DNA of 64,000 nt from an uncultured bacterium. Its GTDB lineage: Bacteria > Zixibacteria > MSB-5A5 > UBA10806 > 4484-95. The stretch is taken from assembly GCA_965603725.1 (NCBI GenBank), contig CBFDEC010000012.1, positions 8,097 through 72,096 on the forward strand. Reading direction: 5' to 3'. Shown here piece by piece: positions 19,881-30,453 of the stretch; the stretch's first letter is position 1, and each line of letters begins with the position of its first letter. The translations under genes were made by a program, and so were the position numbers. Under the pieces are notes generated by a model, which had not been told where the DNA came from, did no database searches, and saw only the letters and a list, made by a program, of their open reading frames with translations.

Positions 19881-20948
19881 ATGAAACAAACAAGCCTGAA
19901 AATATTAATTACTGCTCATGATGCGGGCGGGGCAGAGCTACTGTCATCGATGGCGGCAGCCGAGCTGGATAATCACCATTGGCAGGTTATTGCCCGTAAT
20001 GATTCTCCAGCGAAGTCCATATTTATTGGAAAAGGTATGCCGCGCCTGATTGCTCAACCCGAACAGAATACTGCTTCCGTATTTGAATTGTTTAAGCCGG
20101 ACTTTCTTTTCTGCGGCACGAGTTCTGATAAGTTTGAACTTCCATATATAAAGGAAGTCAGGAAACGAGCCGTCTGCTCGATCTCGTTTCTCGATCACTG
20201 GGTAAATTATCGCGAACGGTTTGATTATCCAAATACCGGCTGGGAAAATAATCTGCCGGATTTCACAGCGGTTTCCGATAATTATGCTTTCAATATGGCT
20301 GACAGCTATAAAGTTTTTAATCTTCTGAAAGTAAAAAACTATTATATAGAAAAACTGCTTGCTCAATATGATGACATGACTGCGGCGCCAGGCAACAGCA
20401 AAATTCTGCTGTTTGTTTCTGAAGCTATTGAAGAGCATAGAGCCGGACTGAAACGCGACGACCCATTGCAGCTCGGGTACACCCAGACTGAGGTGATTGA
20501 GGATGTGTTGAATAGCTTCAGTCAAATCTCAGGCAAGCTCGGCGCTGATAGGATTATTATCAGGCTGCACCCGGCTGAGGCTTTAGGTAAATATGATTAT
20601 CTGCAGAAACGGTTTTCAAATATCATCACTGCAGTCGAACATCCGAATGAACGATCATTAAATGAAAGCATCCGAAACGCTCGCTCCGTTATCGGTATAA
20701 ACAGCATGGCCTTAATGATAGCGCATTTATTAGGAAAGCCGGTAATATCGTATATCCCTGTCGACCATGCATGTGTTTTGCCCCTGCCGCCCGAATGCTG
20801 TATACATAGCTTAACGGACTTGAAGGAGATTGAATCTATACCATGCTGGAATTATCATGGCCGGCTGTCTTTCTATGATGAGCACGATCTGTCGAAAATG
20901 TTTAACACTTTGAGGGAAACAAAGAATGAAAGTTGTCGCAACCATTGA
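19881..20948 (+). CDS. Hypothetical GT-B-like protein of glycan locus
   Basis: HDAGGAE, LDHWVNYRERF, RLHPAE, SMALMIAHLLGKPVISY. Confidence 0.5.
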   Translation: MKQTSLKILITAHDAGGAELLSSMAAAELDNHHWQVIARNDSPAKSIFIGKGMPRLIAQPEQNTASVFELFKPDFLFCGTSSDKFELPYIKEVRKRAVCSISFLDHWVNYRERFDYPNTGWENNLPDFTAVSDNYAFNMADSYKVFNLLKVKNYYIEKLLAQYDDMTAAPGNSKILLFVSEAIEEHRAGLKRDDPLQLGYTQTEVIEDVLNSFSQISGKLGADRIIIRLHPAEALGKYDYLQKRFSNIITAVEHPNERSLNESIRNARSVIGINSMALMIAHLLGKPVISYIPVDHACVLPLPPECCIHSLTDLKEIESIPCWNYHGRLSFYDEHDLSKMFNTLRETKNESCRNH

Positions 20949-21669
20949 AGCCCGGATGACCTCCTCAAGACTGCCCGGCAAGGTATTGATGCCCTTGTTG
21001 GAGAAACCGGCTTTGGAACGTATGATCGAACGTATTAAACATGCGCGTTATATTGATGAAATCGTTGTGGCGACTACCGTGAATAAAGCCGATAATCCGA
21101 TAGTCGAATTATGCGACCGGCTCGGTGTCAGTTGCTATCGTGGCAGTGAAGAGGATGTCTTAGAACGCGTTCTCATAGCCGCTCGGAATGTAAAAGCGGA
21201 CTTGATCTGTGAACTCACCGGCGACTGCCCGTTAATAGACCCGCTGATTATAGACAATGTAATCATAGCTCACCGCTCCGGCAGCTACGATCACACATCC
21301 AATTTCTTAAATCAGAGAACTTTCCCCATAGGCTTAGATGTGCAGGTTTTTCCGACTCATGTATTAGAAAAAGTTGCAGTTTTGACCGATGATCCTATCG
21401 ACCGGGTTCATGTTTCCTATTACATCTATTGCAATCCGAAATTGTTCAGGCTTAACGGTATCACAGCCAACCCTGAGGTGTTTGGCCCGGATATCCGAAT
21501 TACTCTCGATACTAAAGAGGATTATGAGTTTATTCAGAAAATATTCACAGCGCTTCACCGGGAAGATTCTATTTTTTATGCCAGGGATATTGTTAAATTT
21601 ATTAAGAAGAACCCCGAATTAATGAATATCAACCGGCATATCAGGCAGAAAGTTGCCGCGGAAGGATAA
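20926..21669 (+). CDS. Second SpsF-type cytidylyltransferase
   Basis: IEARMTSSRLPGKVL, RGSEEDVLERV, TGDCPLIDP, RITLDTKED. Confidence 0.88.
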   Translation: MKVVATIEARMTSSRLPGKVLMPLLEKPALERMIERIKHARYIDEIVVATTVNKADNPIVELCDRLGVSCYRGSEEDVLERVLIAARNVKADLICELTGDCPLIDPLIIDNVIIAHRSGSYDHTSNFLNQRTFPIGLDVQVFPTHVLEKVAVLTDDPIDRVHVSYYIYCNPKLFRLNGITANPEVFGPDIRITLDTKEDYEFIQKIFTALHREDSIFYARDIVKFIKKNPELMNINRHIRQKVAAEG

Positions 21670-22745
21670 TGACACGTTATAAAGCGGCAGTAATCGGCTG
21701 CGGCATGATTGGCGGCTCATGTGATTCCCCTGAAGATGAGAAGATTATCAGCCATGCTCATGCCTACCACAGCCACGAGCAGTTTGAGATCTCCTGCTGT
21801 TGCGATATCGACCGGCGGGCTTTATTAAATTTCAAGCAAAAATGGGGTAAACATATTCGCTCGTATACGGATATCGATAAGCTTTTAAGAAACGAGGATT
21901 TTGACGTTGTTTCTATAGCATCCTCAACTGAAACGCATGCCGAAATACTGTCCAGGGTTCTTAAAAAAGAATCAGTCCGTTTGATAGTCTGTGAAAAGCC
22001 ATTCGTATCGAAGCTGGGTAAATTAGATGAAATTAAAAAATATATCAGGATACATCCGGAAAAAATATTGTTGATTAATTTTCCGAGAAGGTACGACCCG
22101 GGATTTCAGAAATTGACTGATACAGTAACCAAAGATGACCTGGGTAAGCCAATCGCTTTCAATGCGGCGTTTACTAAAGGGCTTTACCACAACGGCTGTC
22201 ATATGCTGGAATTGATTGAAAGGCTGTTCGGTGACATAAAAAAAATAACGGCACACGAAAATGTTGTAGTCAATGATGATTTGTATGGCTCTTATTTTAT
22301 CGAAACGGAACGAAACGCCGGCAATATTACAAATTTTGTTCCCTTTGGTTACAGCATGTTTGAAATGGATATCCTTTTCGAGAATGGCCGTATCAGGATT
22401 GCTGATTCAGGTCACCATCTTGAAATACATAGACCAAAAGAATCGGAACTCTATAAAGGATATAATTTCCTTCATCATGATTTTACAATTGAAGACAGCC
22501 TGAAGAAATGCATGCTTCATACAATTGAAGCAGGCAGGCAGCTGTTTGAAAATAATTATCTGAAAACGAACGAAATATTTGAGAGCCATCTGGCGTTAAG
22601 CGAGAAGCTTTTGATTTTGAAAAACAGTCTTAGATCAGGCGCTGTTACAGTGTCATTTGATCGAATTGGAAGGGTTAAGGACGATGAGCATACTGGCGAT
22701 TCATGGCGGACAGAAAGTCCGCAAGAAACCGTTTCCAGCGTATAA
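21669..22745 (+). CDS. Gfo/Idh/MocA oxidoreductase
   Basis: AVIGCGMIG, CEKP, NFPRRY, HNGCH. Confidence 0.88.
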   Translation: MTRYKAAVIGCGMIGGSCDSPEDEKIISHAHAYHSHEQFEISCCCDIDRRALLNFKQKWGKHIRSYTDIDKLLRNEDFDVVSIASSTETHAEILSRVLKKESVRLIVCEKPFVSKLGKLDEIKKYIRIHPEKILLINFPRRYDPGFQKLTDTVTKDDLGKPIAFNAAFTKGLYHNGCHMLELIERLFGDIKKITAHENVVVNDDLYGSYFIETERNAGNITNFVPFGYSMFEMDILFENGRIRIADSGHHLEIHRPKESELYKGYNFLHHDFTIEDSLKKCMLHTIEAGRQLFENNYLKTNEIFESHLALSEKLLILKNSLRSGAVTVSFDRIGRVKDDEHTGDSWRTESPQETVSSV

Positions 22746-24042
22746 GGTAATCGGCGAGCAAGAAAAACAGGCGGTGATGGAGGTTTTAGACTCCGGAATT
22801 CTATCCCGCTACCTCGGCTGCTGGCAGGCTGATTTTTACGGAGGCCCACAGGTTCAAAGCCTTGAGAAGGAATGGGCTGAACATTTTGGCGTTAAGCATG
22901 CCATCGCTGTCAACTCCTGTACCTCGGGGCTCTATTGTGCCGTTGGCGCTGCCGGAGTTAGCCCGGGAGATGAAATAATCGTATCTCCTTACTCAATGAG
23001 CTGTTCGGCTACCGCGCCGCTGATTTATGGCGCTATCCCGGTGTTTGCAGATATCGAGGAAGATTTTTATTGCCTCGACCCTAAATCAGTGGAATCCAAA
23101 ATCACCGAACGAACGAAGGCTATTTTAGTCGTGGATATTTTTGGACTGCCTTACGATGCCGATAAAATTAATTCGCTGGCTGAAAAACATGGCCTTTTCG
23201 TGATTGAAGATTGCGCCCAGGCGCCCGGGGCGCGTTATGAAGATAGGTTTGCCGGAACATTGGGAGAAATAGGCGTCTATTCGCTGAACTATCATAAACA
23301 TATTCACTGCGGTGAAGGCGGAATCATCGTTACCGACAATGATGACCTGGCTGAAAAAATGCGCCTTATTCGCAATCATGCCGAGGCAGTAGTCGAAGCC
23401 AAGGGAACAACCAGCCTGGTAAACATGATCGGTTTTAATTACAGGATGACCGAAATGGAAGCCGTGGTTGCCCGCTGTCAACTGCGAAAATTAGATCGAC
23501 TGGTTGCAGAACGACAGAAAAATTGCCGCTATTTGAATGAAAAATTTGCCGAGATAGAAGCTGTTGAACCCACACGGATTAGAGAACATTGCACCCATTC
23601 CTATTATGTTCAGCCTCTGAAGTTTAATGAGGAAGCCGCCGGCGTCTCTCGGGATGTTTTTATCAACGCTGTAAAAGCAGAGCTGCCGACAACCGAACTC
23701 CGGGAAAAAGAGGGCGTTCTGATCTCCTGCGGTTATGTTAAGCCTTTATATCTCCAGCCGATTTTTCAGAATCAAATCGCCTATGGCAAAAATGGTTTTC
23801 CGTTCAAGGGACCGCATTACAACGGCGTAGTCAATTATTCTAAAGGGATCTGCCCGGTAGCTGAAAGAATGAACGAAAAAGAATTATTCTATCACGATCT
23901 GATGCATGCTTCATTTTCACAGGATGATCTTGATGACGACATTGCGGCTTTTATAAAAGTCTGGGAGAATCGGGATGAATTGATATCGAAACCGGTATTA
24001 ATAGAACAGAATAACAAAGGGATCCAGTGTTGTGTTCGATAA
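22684..24042 (+). CDS. DegT/DnrJ/EryC1/StrS aminotransferase
   Basis: MSILAIHGG, NSCTSGL, EDCAQAPGA, SLNYHKHIHCGEGG, GFNYRMTE; likely start ATG 22684. Confidence 0.92.
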   Translation: MSILAIHGGQKVRKKPFPAYKVIGEQEKQAVMEVLDSGILSRYLGCWQADFYGGPQVQSLEKEWAEHFGVKHAIAVNSCTSGLYCAVGAAGVSPGDEIIVSPYSMSCSATAPLIYGAIPVFADIEEDFYCLDPKSVESKITERTKAILVVDIFGLPYDADKINSLAEKHGLFVIEDCAQAPGARYEDRFAGTLGEIGVYSLNYHKHIHCGEGGIIVTDNDDLAEKMRLIRNHAEAVVEAKGTTSLVNMIGFNYRMTEMEAVVARCQLRKLDRLVAERQKNCRYLNEKFAEIEAVEPTRIREHCTHSYYVQPLKFNEEAAGVSRDVFINAVKAELPTTELREKEGVLISCGYVKPLYLQPIFQNQIAYGKNGFPFKGPHYNGVVNYSKGICPVAERMNEKELFYHDLMHASFSQDDLDDDIAAFIKVWENRDELISKPVLIEQNNKGIQCCVR

Positions 24043-24059
24043 ATTGGTGGATGCTATTT

Positions 24060-24175
24060 TATCATTGAGAGGGGTGAAGCGGCGAAACAATCTCTTGCCA
24101 CATAAAGAGTTGAGGTTGCACGGACGTGTCCCTGGCCGGGCAGGCTTGGGACTTCCTTTACGGGTCGCAATGACG
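24060..24175. repeat. Degenerate palindromic element (TCATTG..GAG...AATCTC / ...CGCAATGAC type)
   Basis: tcattgagaggggtgaagcggcgaaacaatctc ... gtcgcaatgac; the ends are inverted (tcattg / caatga). Confidence 0.55.
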
Positions 24176-24267
24176 ATATATGATAATGTTACTTATGGGA
24201 CACCACGCTGGGTTAATTAACCTTAATGTACTAAGCAAAAGATATCGATTACTAAGAGGGATACAGA

Positions 24268-25776
24268 ATGAAAGTCGCTTTCTTTGCCAATGATCTTAAG
24301 ACAGAGCTTTTTCATGCTGTAGCAGTACAACTGGAAAAGCTTGGTCATGATATCTTCTGGATTTCTACCAGCAATACCTGGTCAAAGTGGCTAAGAAATC
24401 ATGGGGTTCCAGAATCAAACCTGCTTGACTTGACTGAGTTCGGTCCTGAGTGGACAAGCAAAAAATCATTAAGCTCTGAAGAAGAACTCGAATTGCATCG
24501 GCTGGAGGCAAAAAGTGAGGTAACCATAAACAACCTGATCTTGATGGACCGTTTATCGATGTCTAAACCGTATCCAATTATACGCGCCTGCCTGTATGTT
24601 GCCGCACGCGAGTTTCGGCGTTTTATGATTGAGAACCAAATTAAGACTCTATTTTCTGAGGCAACCTGGGCTTTAGAATTGCTGGCAATTTTGATCTGCC
24701 GGGATATCGGAGGCCATTGCTATTGCCCTGGTACAGTCCGGATTCCCAGCAACCGATTTTGTTTCTTTGAAGGCTACATGCAGTCCTTGATAGCGTTAAT
24801 TCGCGAGCCGGATGAAAGGCATATGGAAAAAGCCAGAGAGTTCCTGGATTATTACCTGAATAATAATATCAAACCCTACTATTGGTATAAAGGAAATAAG
24901 TTTCCCCGACCTCATTTAGACTGGTTGAAAAAGTTATTTTTGAACCTTCGGCGGAATAATGAAGATAAGTTTGAACAGATGCGAATACCGTCCACGCATC
25001 TGGCGACAATCCGCTTATCTAATGTGATTAAAAATCGATGGTTTACCTATACAAAACCTTTCGAGGATGTTCAACTTCCTCCTCCTCGGCCATATATATT
25101 GTATGCATTGCATCAACAGCCGGAATCATCGATTGATGTCCAGGGCGCTTTCTTTTCCAACCAGCTTGAGCTGATAAAGTCCATATCACGTTCGGTCCCG
25201 TCAACACATGAACTCTATGTTAAGGACCATCGCCATTGTATCGGAGAACGCCCGCTTCGATTCTATAAGACAATTAAACGTATCCCCGGCGTGCGGCTGA
25301 TTAATCCTTTCATCGACAGCCATCAACTCATCAAGCATGCCGACCTAGTAATCTCGGTTTCGGGCACGATCGCCTATGAAGCCGCCCTTTTCGGCAGACC
25401 GGCAATGACTGTCGCTCCCATGTTTTTTGGACCGATCCTGGAAGTCAATGGCATTAATCCCTACCGGCAATCGTTCAGCGATATATTTAACTGCCTTAGC
25501 GGTAAAAACGAATACAATGCTGACAGCAGACGCCAGAAAAATATTGAATTTCTGGCCTGGCTGTTGGCGCAATCTTTCGAAGGAGTTGTCAGCGATCCCC
25601 GAAGTAATCCGGAATGCATGTCTCCTGAAAATATCGAGCGTGTAGCGAAGGCTATGGATATTGCAATAAAGAATCAGTCAATGGAGATGCATCGCCTTAA
25701 AGTGCACAGCATAGCCAAGTCGGATGCAAAATCGAATAACAGCAAATATAACAGCGCGGTGACCTCTAAATGTTGA
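24268..25776 (+). CDS. Capsule polysaccharide synthesis (KpsS/LipB-like) protein, candidate nonulosonate transferase
   Basis: LYALHQQPESSID, YVKDH, VISVSGTIAYEAALFGRP, typical of the Capsule_synth-like family. Confidence 0.7.
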   Translation: MKVAFFANDLKTELFHAVAVQLEKLGHDIFWISTSNTWSKWLRNHGVPESNLLDLTEFGPEWTSKKSLSSEEELELHRLEAKSEVTINNLILMDRLSMSKPYPIIRACLYVAAREFRRFMIENQIKTLFSEATWALELLAILICRDIGGHCYCPGTVRIPSNRFCFFEGYMQSLIALIREPDERHMEKAREFLDYYLNNNIKPYYWYKGNKFPRPHLDWLKKLFLNLRRNNEDKFEQMRIPSTHLATIRLSNVIKNRWFTYTKPFEDVQLPPPRPYILYALHQQPESSIDVQGAFFSNQLELIKSISRSVPSTHELYVKDHRHCIGERPLRFYKTIKRIPGVRLINPFIDSHQLIKHADLVISVSGTIAYEAALFGRPAMTVAPMFFGPILEVNGINPYRQSFSDIFNCLSGKNEYNADSRRQKNIEFLAWLLAQSFEGVVSDPRSNPECMSPENIERVAKAMDIAIKNQSMEMHRLKVHSIAKSDAKSNNSKYNSAVTSKC

Positions 25777-27062
25777 AGCATATATTTCAATACAGGAGAT
25801 ATCTTTTTCTTTACCTGGCGATTCTTACGATGTTGATTCAATCATTTGTAGTATCAACCGCCATAAAAGGCCTTCTGCTGCCGTATGTATTCATCCTGTC
25901 GCAATTCTCTTTAGACCTGATCAGAGTGCTGCTTAATAGAAAAACTATAAATGTATTTTCATATTTCATCATCTTCTTTTTCAGCTTTGTTTTCTGGCAA
26001 CTTTTGGCCCAGCTTTTTAATGCGATCTACCAGCCGGTTTTTTACACATTTCCAACTGCTATATTGCTATCTCCTGAAAATGCTTCAGTCAGTATTTTCC
26101 GAAACAGTATGATCACTCAAAGCATGTATTTGATAACATGTATAATATTTTTCCTTTATTTGTTGAAATATATGCAGACTGCCAACAGCGCTGAAATGAT
26201 TATTAAGATTGCCAGATTCGGTATAATTGTATTCGTTGTCTACGGGTTTGTTGAATATATCGGTTATTTCATAACCGGCCACAGTATCGATGTTATTTCA
26301 AATCGAATCACCGCCGTTGATTATCATTACGGGAAAACTCAGCTAATAACGCTTGGCGGTCTTATTATTCCAAGGATAAAGTCGCTGACCAGCGAACCGT
26401 CGGTCTTTAGCTTTTCGGTTCTGCCTTTTGCAATATTGTTTTACTATATGAAAGATAAAATATACATATTATTTTTAATCGCAGCGCTTCTTTCGACCTC
26501 CACAACGGCCATAATCGGAATTATAATGTTTATCATAATTGAAGCCGTGGTTTTTAAAAAATATGTAAAACTTGGGATTACTTTAATAGCGGTTCTCGCT
26601 TTTATTTCGATAGTTGATACTACTATTTTATTTGATTTTTACAAATATACTTATCTGAAGCTTAGTTTACAGCACGTATCCGGCATTGATAGATTCGAAA
26701 ACTTCCATAATTCGTTAGCTTTCTTTTTTAGTTCAGATGTGTTTCATTTTCTGTTTGGCTATGGATTTGGGTATATAAGGTCAGTGGATGGTTTCAGCAC
26801 TCTGCTGGTAAATATAGGGCTTGTCGGGTTCATAGCCTATGTAGCTTTCTTTGCTTATCCGCTGCTAAAATTAAAGTATAATTCCGATTATAAAAAAGGC
26901 TTGTTAGTTTCAAATATTGTGTTGATGGCGTTAATTTTCATAAGCGTAACGGAGTTTTATTGTTTTCATATATGGTTTTTAGCGGCTTTAGCATGGTACG
27001 AGTATTTAAAAGAGAAAAGGCACGCGCCGTTAATTCGGTGTAAGCAAATACAATATGCATAG
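25770..27062 (+). CDS. wzy: O-antigen/capsule polymerase Wzy-like membrane protein
   Basis: About 11 TM segments, RIKSLTSEPS, LLSTSTTA, FLFGYGFG. Confidence 0.65.
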   Translation: MLKHIFQYRRYLFLYLAILTMLIQSFVVSTAIKGLLLPYVFILSQFSLDLIRVLLNRKTINVFSYFIIFFFSFVFWQLLAQLFNAIYQPVFYTFPTAILLSPENASVSIFRNSMITQSMYLITCIIFFLYLLKYMQTANSAEMIIKIARFGIIVFVVYGFVEYIGYFITGHSIDVISNRITAVDYHYGKTQLITLGGLIIPRIKSLTSEPSVFSFSVLPFAILFYYMKDKIYILFLIAALLSTSTTAIIGIIMFIIIEAVVFKKYVKLGITLIAVLAFISIVDTTILFDFYKYTYLKLSLQHVSGIDRFENFHNSLAFFFSSDVFHFLFGYGFGYIRSVDGFSTLLVNIGLVGFIAYVAFFAYPLLKLKYNSDYKKGLLVSNIVLMALIFISVTEFYCFHIWFLAALAWYEYLKEKRHAPLIRCKQIQYA

Positions 27063-27192
27063 TTGTAAATTCAAGATGTCTATTCCGGGTGGAGTTGTGT
27101 AAATATAATTCTGAAGAGAACGACGACTTTGGCTTTTAATTATTGAAACAACGATCAGTCAAGAATAGATTCATTTATAAAGGAGCAATCAG

Positions 27193-27825
27193 ATGGCTAT
27201 TGAATTTAAAACTGAACAGGAGAAATTCTGGTCGGGAGAATTTGGTGATCAGTATATTGAGCGGAACTGCGATGAATCAATTATAGCGGCCAATACCGCC
27301 CTTTTTTCCAGGATACTTTCCCGCACTGATTCTGTTAAATCCGTTATTGAATTCGGCGCTAATATTGGGCTAAACCTGATTGCAATTAAAAGGCTTCTCC
27401 CTAACATAGACCTTTCCGCAATCGAGATAAACCCAAAAGCGGTCGAGGAGCTTAATAAGATTGATTGCGTAAAAACTTATCCGCAATCCATACTGGAATA
27501 CGAGGTTGATTTTCAACGTGATTTTGTCCTCACAAAAGGAGTGTTAATTCATATTAATCCAGGAATGCTTCCGGTAGCTTACGACCTGATGTACAGGACA
27601 TCAAGTCGGTACATCTGTGTAATAGAGTATTACAATCCTACTCCCGTCGAAGTCGACTATCGCGGTCATCGTGAAAGGCTGTTCAAACGCGATTTTGCCG
27701 GCGAGTTGATGGATAATTATGACGATCTCAGGCTGCTTGACTATGGCTTTGTCTACCGCCGCGATAACAACTTCATCTACGGGGATGAGAACTGGTTCCT
27801 GTTGGAAAAACAGTGCGCAAAATGA
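27193..27825 (+). CDS. Pseudaminic-acid-biosynthesis-associated methylase
   Basis: FKTEQEKFWSGEFGDQYIERN, IEFGANIGLNL, GVLIHINP, EYYNPTP, LFKRDFAGE, WFLLEK. Confidence 0.88.
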   Translation: MAIEFKTEQEKFWSGEFGDQYIERNCDESIIAANTALFSRILSRTDSVKSVIEFGANIGLNLIAIKRLLPNIDLSAIEINPKAVEELNKIDCVKTYPQSILEYEVDFQRDFVLTKGVLIHINPGMLPVAYDLMYRTSSRYICVIEYYNPTPVEVDYRGHRERLFKRDFAGELMDNYDDLRLLDYGFVYRRDNNFIYGDENWFLLEKQCAK

Positions 27826-27980
27826 TATCAGGGAGCAGCAAAAAGCAGATTTAATCCTATTTATTTTGCCAGTGTTCCGAAGCACGAGAAAAAATTACGC
27901 CAGCTGTCTCTGTTATATATAAAGAAATATAATCGAGCTGTCGATTCATAATATAATATAGTTAATTTTGTGGAGTTTGA

Positions 27981-29417
27981 ATGCTTTTTAATTCATATGT
28001 ATATATTTTTTTGTTTTTACCCGTTACTCTTGCAGTTTATTTTCTTTTAAACCATAAGCAATTAATTGTTGCCGGGAAGATATGGCTGGTTATCGCTTCC
28101 TTGTTCTTTTATTCATATTGGAATCCTGTATACCTGCCGCTGATACTCGCCTCGATGATTGTAAACTATTTCATAGGTACGGCGCTGTCAAAGGGTGATT
28201 ATCAGGCTCGAAATTGGCTGGTTTCAAGAAAGAGTATTTTAATTTACGGCATAATATTTAATTTAGGTTTGCTGGGCTATTACAAGTACGCCGACTTTTT
28301 TATAAAGAACGCTAATTTTATCTTCGGCGCCGATATACATCTGTTAAGACTGGTATTGCCGCTGGCAATCAGTTTCTTCACCTTTCAGCAGATCGCCTAT
28401 TTGGTTGACAGCTATCAGGACAGATCCGGCAAATATAATTTTATTAATTTTGCTTTATTTGTATCGTTTTTCCCTCAGCTGATTTCGGGTCCAATTGTCC
28501 ATCACAAGGAAATGATGCCTCAGTTTAGGATGACCAAAAATAAATACGTTAATTATAAAAACCTTTCAACTGGTATTTTTATATTCTTTCTGGGTCTGTT
28601 TAAGAAGGTTATAATTGCCGACACCCTGGCAGTTGTGGCCGCAAACGGCCTTGACAACATGGCCGCCCTGACGTTTGCCCAGGCCTGGATCTCATCATTG
28701 AGCTACACCTGCCAGCTATATTTCGATTTTTCCGGCTATACCGATATGGCTATCGGGACAGCCTACATGTTTAATATAGTACTACCCCTGAACTTCAACT
28801 CTCCATACAAGGCTTTGAACATCCAGGATTTCTGGCGCAGATGGCATATGACTTTAAGTCGCTGGCTGCGTGATTATTTATATATTCCACTTGGCGGCAA
28901 TAAAAAGGGCAATATAAGAACGTATATAAATCTATTCGCAACTTTCTTGCTTGGCGGATTGTGGCATGGAGCAGGCTGGACTTTTATAGCCTGGGGAGCC
29001 ATGCATGGCCTTGGAACCGCCATACACAAGTTCTGGCAAAATCTCGGAATTCGCCTGCCCAAACCTGCGGCATGGCTTATGACATTTATGTTTGTTCATT
29101 TTGCCTGGGTATTTTTTAGAGCGACTTCTTTTAAAGACGCTGTCAAAGTCTTAAAAAGTATGTTCGCATTTAATACTATCAACACGATTTCTTTCCTGGA
29201 TGAGTTGAAAGCGCTGAATTTTGAGAAAACAATCGAAACCGTTTTCAGTTTTACTATTCTGCTCATTGCGCTTGTTGTTTCTATCCGCTTTAAAAACAGT
29301 AATGAACTTAGACCAAATCTGAACTTCCGCTACCTGATGTGTGTGGCTTTACTTACGGTCAGCGGTTTTATTTTTTTAAATGGCAATATATCGGAATTTC
29401 TTTATTTTAATTTTTAG
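27981..29417 (+). CDS. MBOAT O-acyltransferase (AlgI/DltB family)
   Basis: MLFNS, LPLAISFFTFQQIAYLVD, QLYFDFSGYTDMA, DFWRRWHMTLS, GGLWHGAGWTF, EFLYFNF. Confidence 0.94.
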   Translation: MLFNSYVYIFLFLPVTLAVYFLLNHKQLIVAGKIWLVIASLFFYSYWNPVYLPLILASMIVNYFIGTALSKGDYQARNWLVSRKSILIYGIIFNLGLLGYYKYADFFIKNANFIFGADIHLLRLVLPLAISFFTFQQIAYLVDSYQDRSGKYNFINFALFVSFFPQLISGPIVHHKEMMPQFRMTKNKYVNYKNLSTGIFIFFLGLFKKVIIADTLAVVAANGLDNMAALTFAQAWISSLSYTCQLYFDFSGYTDMAIGTAYMFNIVLPLNFNSPYKALNIQDFWRRWHMTLSRWLRDYLYIPLGGNKKGNIRTYINLFATFLLGGLWHGAGWTFIAWGAMHGLGTAIHKFWQNLGIRLPKPAAWLMTFMFVHFAWVFFRATSFKDAVKVLKSMFAFNTINTISFLDELKALNFEKTIETVFSFTILLIALVVSIRFKNSNELRPNLNFRYLMCVALLTVSGFIFLNGNISEFLYFNF

Positions 29418-29427
29418 GAGCCTGCTG

Positions 29428-30438
29428 TTGCTTGAATCATATAAACGTTTCCTGTTATTCATCCCGATCGTTTCGGTTGTCCTGTACGCCTTTATTTTCA
29501 TGGTGGTGAATATAGTAATCGACCCGTACCGGGAGTATGGATTGACAGATACAAAAAAATATTTTCAATCATATTATACGGTTCCCTTTAAGATGTACCA
29601 GAAACTTCGTCATGACAAATATGTCCTGGTTTTTGGCACATCGCATTCCGCCACTATTTCGGCTGAACTCTTAAACCATAAGACGCTGAATATGTCCACC
29701 TCGGTTTATGGCAATCCCGTAGACGTTTACTATTTTTTAAAAAATCTCGACAGGCCACAAATATCGAATATCGAAAAAATTTATTACCTGATAGATTACA
29801 ATGTATTTGAAGACAAAAAAAGCGACTACCCCGATATTAATTTTAACTCTAAAATCGATTTTTTTTATCAGACTGCAAACAATCTAAATAAAAAGAAAAT
29901 ACTCAGAGCTGTTGATAACATACTGAAATACCTTCTCCGCAATAATACTACTGAAATTACCGATAACGGTGAATTTGTTTATGTGAGACCGGTCGCTTAT
30001 CGCAATATTGTATATAAAGACAGGATAAAGTTTTCTTTTTCCGGGCAGAGTATTGAACACCTGGAGAAAATCGATAAATTCTGCAAAAGTCAGAACATAG
30101 AAATCATATATTTCAAATCGATTTTCAGTCGCTATTTTTTGCAAAATGTCGATTTTGAATCTGTTGAGTCTCAATTGTCAAGAGTGTTGAATATAATTGA
30201 TGAGATGTATTGTCTTATGTATGTTGAGGGCGTTTCAGACAACATGGACAATTTTCGCAACCCGACGCATCATATTCATAAGATTGCTAAAATAGAGATC
30301 GATATTCTCAGGTCGCCAACGCTCCGGAATCGCTACAGAGTTACAAAGGCAAATCTTGATGATTATATGAAAGTATTGAAAAGGAATGTTTTTAACTATC
30401 CAATAGTGTTAAACTATCCCTCATCTAAAACAGACTAA
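29428..30438 (+). CDS. MBOAT partner, periplasmic SGNH-like acyltransferase
   Basis: N-terminal TM then NIVIDPY, VFGTSHS, late NPTH motif; immediately after the MBOAT gene; TTG start with AGGAG. Confidence 0.6.
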   Translation: MLESYKRFLLFIPIVSVVLYAFIFMVVNIVIDPYREYGLTDTKKYFQSYYTVPFKMYQKLRHDKYVLVFGTSHSATISAELLNHKTLNMSTSVYGNPVDVYYFLKNLDRPQISNIEKIYYLIDYNVFEDKKSDYPDINFNSKIDFFYQTANNLNKKKILRAVDNILKYLLRNNTTEITDNGEFVYVRPVAYRNIVYKDRIKFSFSGQSIEHLEKIDKFCKSQNIEIIYFKSIFSRYFLQNVDFESVESQLSRVLNIIDEMYCLMYVEGVSDNMDNFRNPTHHIHKIAKIEIDILRSPTLRNRYRVTKANLDDYMKVLKRNVFNYPIVLNYPSSKTD

Positions 30439-30453
30439 TAAGGCAATCAAGCT

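Noticed and set aside
24032-24220. 62-aa ORF between DegT and the KpsS-like gene
   Set aside because: Overlaps a degenerate palindromic repeat; no recognisable protein features.
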